A DNA stretch of 43,947 nucleotides from Escherichia phage vB_EcoS_fFiEco03. Below the pieces are notes generated by a model that was not told the DNA's origin, searched no databases, and was given only the letters and a program-made list of their open reading frames with translations. The first letter of the stretch is position 1. Each line of letters opens with the position of its first letter. The position numbers and the translations under genes are program-made. Location of the stretch: the sequence record NC_073315.1; one strand, given 5' to 3'. Positions 41,530-43,947 of the stretch are shown in pieces.

Positions 41530-41563
41530 ATCCCGGCCCTGACCCAGCCGGGATTTTTTTTTA
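41530..41563 (+). terminator. Strong intrinsic terminator after the endolysin gene
   Basis: ATCCCGGC-N9-GCCGGGAT followed by nine Ts. Confidence 0.8.
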
Positions 41564-41584
41564 TCTATTTTCTGCAATGACTAG

Positions 41585-41613
41585 TTGACTATTAACATCG
41601 ACCCTATTATATT
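41585..41613 (+). promoter_or_regulatory. Sigma70-like promoter (TTGACT-N17-TATATT)
   Basis: TTGACT, spacer ATTAACATCGACCCTAT, TATATT; conserved AACGAGAGGAG leader. Confidence 0.55.
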
Positions 41614-41645
41614 TACTCCATCGACAACGAGAGGAGAGGCAGAGA

Positions 41646-41834
41646 ATGGTGACTAAGATTAAGCATACCGATAATTGGGGCGATTTCCTGGAGATATATA
41701 AGTGCAGGGACGGGTCATTACTTATAACTTGTACCGACGGTGCTATCGACGAATCAGCTAATGTTAATATGAGCCTGGATGATTTTATTATCATTGTTGG
41801 GCAAGTGGCGGCTTTTTACGGAGATGATAAATGA
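41646..41834 (+). CDS. Hypothetical protein, 62 aa
   Basis: ORF with GAGGAG RBS. Confidence 0.5.
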   Translation: MVTKIKHTDNWGDFLEIYKCRDGSLLITCTDGAIDESANVNMSLDDFIIIVGQVAAFYGDDK

Positions 41835-41980
41835 AAATCACAGATATCGAAGCATTCGAAGACGCGCAACTGATGGCACGTATCGCTGTCAGTAACCTGA
41901 GCACTACTGTACCAGCGGACGCGTTCTGGTTCGCCGCGATGCAGACACTGAAAGCAGCTTATGCAGGAGAGAAGAAATGA
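41831..41980 (+). CDS. Micro-ORF: 49-aa protein
   Basis: ATGA-coupled; MKITDIEAFEDAQLMARIAVSNLSTTVPADAFWFAAMQTLKAAYAGEKK. Confidence 0.4.
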   Translation: MKITDIEAFEDAQLMARIAVSNLSTTVPADAFWFAAMQTLKAAYAGEKK

Positions 41981-42138
41981 GCGAACAAGGTCAAGTAAGC
42001 CAACCATTACGAGTAGGCCGTAAAGTCAGTCACACACCGTTCCCGACACGCGAGGAACTGATGAAACGTAACAGTTTCCCCGGGCCGGACAAGAACAAGT
42101 ATCTCAATCGCATGTGGGGAGAGCGTAAAAATGACTGA
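41977..42138 (+). CDS. Micro-ORF: 53-aa protein
   Basis: ATGA-coupled; MSEQGQVSQPLRVGRKVSHTPFPTREELMKRNSFPGPDKNKYLNRMWGERKND. Confidence 0.4.
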   Translation: MSEQGQVSQPLRVGRKVSHTPFPTREELMKRNSFPGPDKNKYLNRMWGERKND

Positions 42139-42319
42139 CCGTGAATATGAGAAAGCGTGTGTAGAAGCGGCGCTCCGCCCCACCGACAACGGCGAATCGG
42201 AGATTGCTTGCCTGGACACTATGATTCAGTACTACGCAAATAAGGTTGACCGCCTGATGGAGCAACGCCGTGAACTGATTAACCGCTTCAACCTGAACAA
42301 AGGTGACACCAATGCCTAA
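42131..42319 (+). CDS. Hypothetical protein, 62 aa
   Basis: ORF overlapping the upstream gene by 8 nt. Confidence 0.45.
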   Translation: MTDREYEKACVEAALRPTDNGESEIACLDTMIQYYANKVDRLMEQRRELINRFNLNKGDTNA

Positions 42320-42551
42320 AATCACAATTGCATCGCTCGAGCGTCGTATCCTGGTGCTCGAGTCGGAGAAACAGACGTTAGGCGGGCAACTGTCTATCAA
42401 TGGTGAGTTTCAACTGGAGGCGTTTAAGTTGCTTCTTGATAAGTTGAGGGCGGACGAAAAGCCTTGTGCGCATGACTACTACTTACATGTGGTTGGCGGG
42501 TTACATCGAGCCACGTGCATTAAATGTGGTGAAGCGTATGGAGTCGCCTAA
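42312..42551 (+). CDS. Hypothetical protein with coiled coil and C-terminal Cys/His cluster
   Basis: ATG 42312 with AAGGTGA RBS; C-terminal C.H...H...C..C. Confidence 0.45.
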   Translation: MPKITIASLERRILVLESEKQTLGGQLSINGEFQLEAFKLLLDKLRADEKPCAHDYYLHVVGGLHRATCIKCGEAYGVA

Positions 42552-42720
42552 GCCAGTAGTAATTGATGGTGTCCTGTGGAAACCCTACTCGGTTAACCAC
42601 ATCGACGCCGACGGGAAGAAGTTCAGCTTCTACATTTTTGCAATTAGCCGGGAGCACGCCGCCTGTGTGGTCGACGATATACGCGAGACGGCGTGGCTTG
42701 GTGATGAGATAGTGGGGTGA
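42538..42720 (+). CDS. Hypothetical protein, 60 aa
   Basis: ATG 42538 overlapping the upstream 3' end. Confidence 0.4.
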   Translation: MESPKPVVIDGVLWKPYSVNHIDADGKKFSFYIFAISREHAACVVDDIRETAWLGDEIVG

Positions 42721-42722
42721 GT

Positions 42723-42893
42723 ATGTTCAGTGACATCAACGCAGCAATCGAAGAAGCAATCTGGCGTCGCTACAACGGCGAGCAACAGCGGCACTTCTGC
42801 CTGGTGCAACGCGGTAACATGATTGCCGTAGTGCAGGACCGCGATAATAAATATCCGAATGCGATGTGGACAACGAGGAATTTCTTAGGATGA
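42723..42893 (+). CDS. Micro-ORF: 56-aa protein
   Basis: GGGGTGAG RBS; MFSDINAAIEEAIWRRYNGEQQRHFCLVQRGNMIAVVQDRDNKYPNAMWTTRNFLG. Confidence 0.4.
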   Translation: MFSDINAAIEEAIWRRYNGEQQRHFCLVQRGNMIAVVQDRDNKYPNAMWTTRNFLG

Positions 42894-43126
42894 TTACCAG
42901 CATTCCGAACCTGATTAAAGAATTTGGCACGATGGCTGAGACATGCCGACAAACCGGCATCAACGAAATGACGATTGCGAAGTACAGCAAAGACGTAGAC
43001 TGCGAGCGCCATGTAATTTATAACAACCGCCTGATGACGCATGTCAGGACAAGCCCGGTGTTATTCACACGCCGTGGTATCACTAAAACTGAGCAACGTA
43101 TCGCCAGAGGGGAGAGCGGGGAATGA
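42890..43126 (+). CDS. Putative HTH DNA-binding protein, 78 aa
   Basis: ATGA-coupled; HTH-like ETCRQTGINEMTIAKYSKD. Confidence 0.45.
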   Translation: MITSIPNLIKEFGTMAETCRQTGINEMTIAKYSKDVDCERHVIYNNRLMTHVRTSPVLFTRRGITKTEQRIARGESGE

Positions 43127-43278
43127 AAAAGTTAACTGTATACTGGAAAACAGGGGCTACGTCAGAACTCGATGTTTTCAGCGTAACGCAGTGTGAAAAG
43201 TTCTGGTATGCCGAAACATTCAACGGTGAAGTGAGAATCCCAATCGCACTGGTAGACGGCGGTGATATAACAGAATAG
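43123..43278 (+). CDS. Micro-ORF: 51-aa protein
   Basis: ATGA-coupled; followed by a terminator. Confidence 0.4.
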   Translation: MKKLTVYWKTGATSELDVFSVTQCEKFWYAETFNGEVRIPIALVDGGDITE

Positions 43279-43288
43279 CCCGCCAACA

Positions 43289-43312
43289 AGCCCTCTACGG
43301 AGGGCTTTTCTG
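43289..43312 (+). terminator. Intrinsic terminator
   Basis: AGCCCTC-TACG-GAGGGCT followed by TTTCTGT. Confidence 0.6.
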
Positions 43313-43340
43313 TACATCCCGCCCAATCCCCTTATATAAT
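43312..43340 (+). promoter_or_regulatory. Candidate late promoter (perfect -10 TATAAT, weak -35 GTACAT) upstream of terS
   Basis: TATAAT at 43335..43340 with a poor -35 at 17-nt spacing; predicted +1 lies at the start of an inverted-repeat leader. Confidence 0.4.
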
Positions 43341-43405
43341 CCCTTTAGACGCGTAGGGCGCGTCTGGTGCGCTCTGATGGTCAGACGCATATGCAAGGGG
43401 ATTAT

Positions 43406-43947
43406 ATGAAACTTACACTTAAGCAGCCATCGCCAGAGGTGGTGCAAGCTGCACATGAAGAGGCTGTTAGTGCCAACCGTCGCCGTAAACGACCGCGGGG
43501 TAAACAGAGCCTTTACCAGTCATCCCGTAATTCTGCGGCATTGTGGGACCCGGACTATTGCGACGAGTTAATCCGGTTCTTTGACCGCAACTCATGGGAA
43601 CTCGTACCTACGTCCAAGGGTGACGAACGCCCGCTGATTCAGGATAAACCCCCGTCACTGGCCCGCTTCGCCTTACACATCGGCGTAACTATCCCTATTA
43701 TTAAGCTGTGGTTGCGTGAGATTCCGGCGTTTGCAGAAGCCTATGAAACCGCTCAGGCGCTGGAAGAGGCGTATTTCACTGAGACAGGCGCTGCCGGTAT
43801 CTCCGCTACGTTTGCTGCGGCTAAGCTGGGCTTAAGCAAAGAGAAACCTGTTGAATCCTCCGAAGAAACTGCGCCGACTGAGATTGTGTTCACCGTAGCG
43901 GAGCCGGTAGGTAAAATCGTTACCACGAACATGGGTGAGGTAGGGGA
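43406..43947 (+). CDS. terS: Terminase small subunit (runs off the window end, no stop seen)
   Basis: Open frame from ATG 43406 (AAGGGGA RBS) to the end of the window; basic N-terminal region; sits immediately 5' of terL in the circularly permuted map. Confidence 0.6.
   Translation, partial: MKLTLKQPSPEVVQAAHEEAVSANRRRKRPRGKQSLYQSSRNSAALWDPDYCDELIRFFDRNSWELVPTSKGDERPLIQDKPPSLARFALHIGVTIPIIKLWLREIPAFAEAYETAQALEEAYFTETGAAGISATFAAAKLGLSKEKPVESSEETAPTEIVFTVAEPVGKIVTTNMGEVG

Noticed and set aside
1-43947. tRNA genes, rRNA and CRISPR arrays
   Set aside because: No intergenic region contains cloverleaf-compatible sequence with a T-loop GTTCRANYC motif, and no regularly spaced direct repeats with unique spacers were seen; intergenic space is fully accounted for by promoters, terminators and the two RNA element copies.

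Overview
This 43,947-nt window reads as an essentially complete, circularly permuted genome of a tailed dsDNA siphophage of enterobacteria. The gene order and the tailspike N-terminal anchor are reminiscent of Jersey-like (Guernseyvirinae) phages, but that assignment is from memory, not a search. All protein calls below are from motifs read by eye in the supplied translations; no database search was run. Layout: (i) + strand morphogenesis block, 1 to 24.7 kb: terL, portal, head morphogenesis, scaffold, major capsid, head-tail genes, major tail protein, G/GT chaperones, tape measure, M/L/K/J-like tip proteins, tailspike. (ii) - strand replication block, 24.8 to 36.7 kb: SF2 helicase, HNH-AP2 endonuclease, VRR-NUC, family A DNA polymerase, DUF2815-like SSB, Cas4-like nuclease, primase-helicase, interrupted by a + strand Cro-like regulator. 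(iii) + strand block, 37 to 43.9 kb: small early-type genes, holin-holin-endolysin, more small genes, and a terS that runs off the window end. No tRNA, rRNA, CRISPR array or integrase was seen. Most interesting observations: (1) a 173-aa truncated beta-sliding-clamp (DnaN) homologue encoded antisense inside the head module with its own promoter and RBS; (2) a roughly 110-nt structured RNA element starting at the predicted +1 of two near-identical promoters, present in two diverged copies with compensatory stem changes; (3) a reverse-strand moron island inside the tail module (superinfection-immunity-like membrane protein plus HTH-metallophosphoesterase); (4) three families of near-identical sigma70-like promoters and an identical 28-nt terminator repeated at two module junctions; (5) several translationally coupled micro-ORFs below the 60-aa cutoff of the ORF track.
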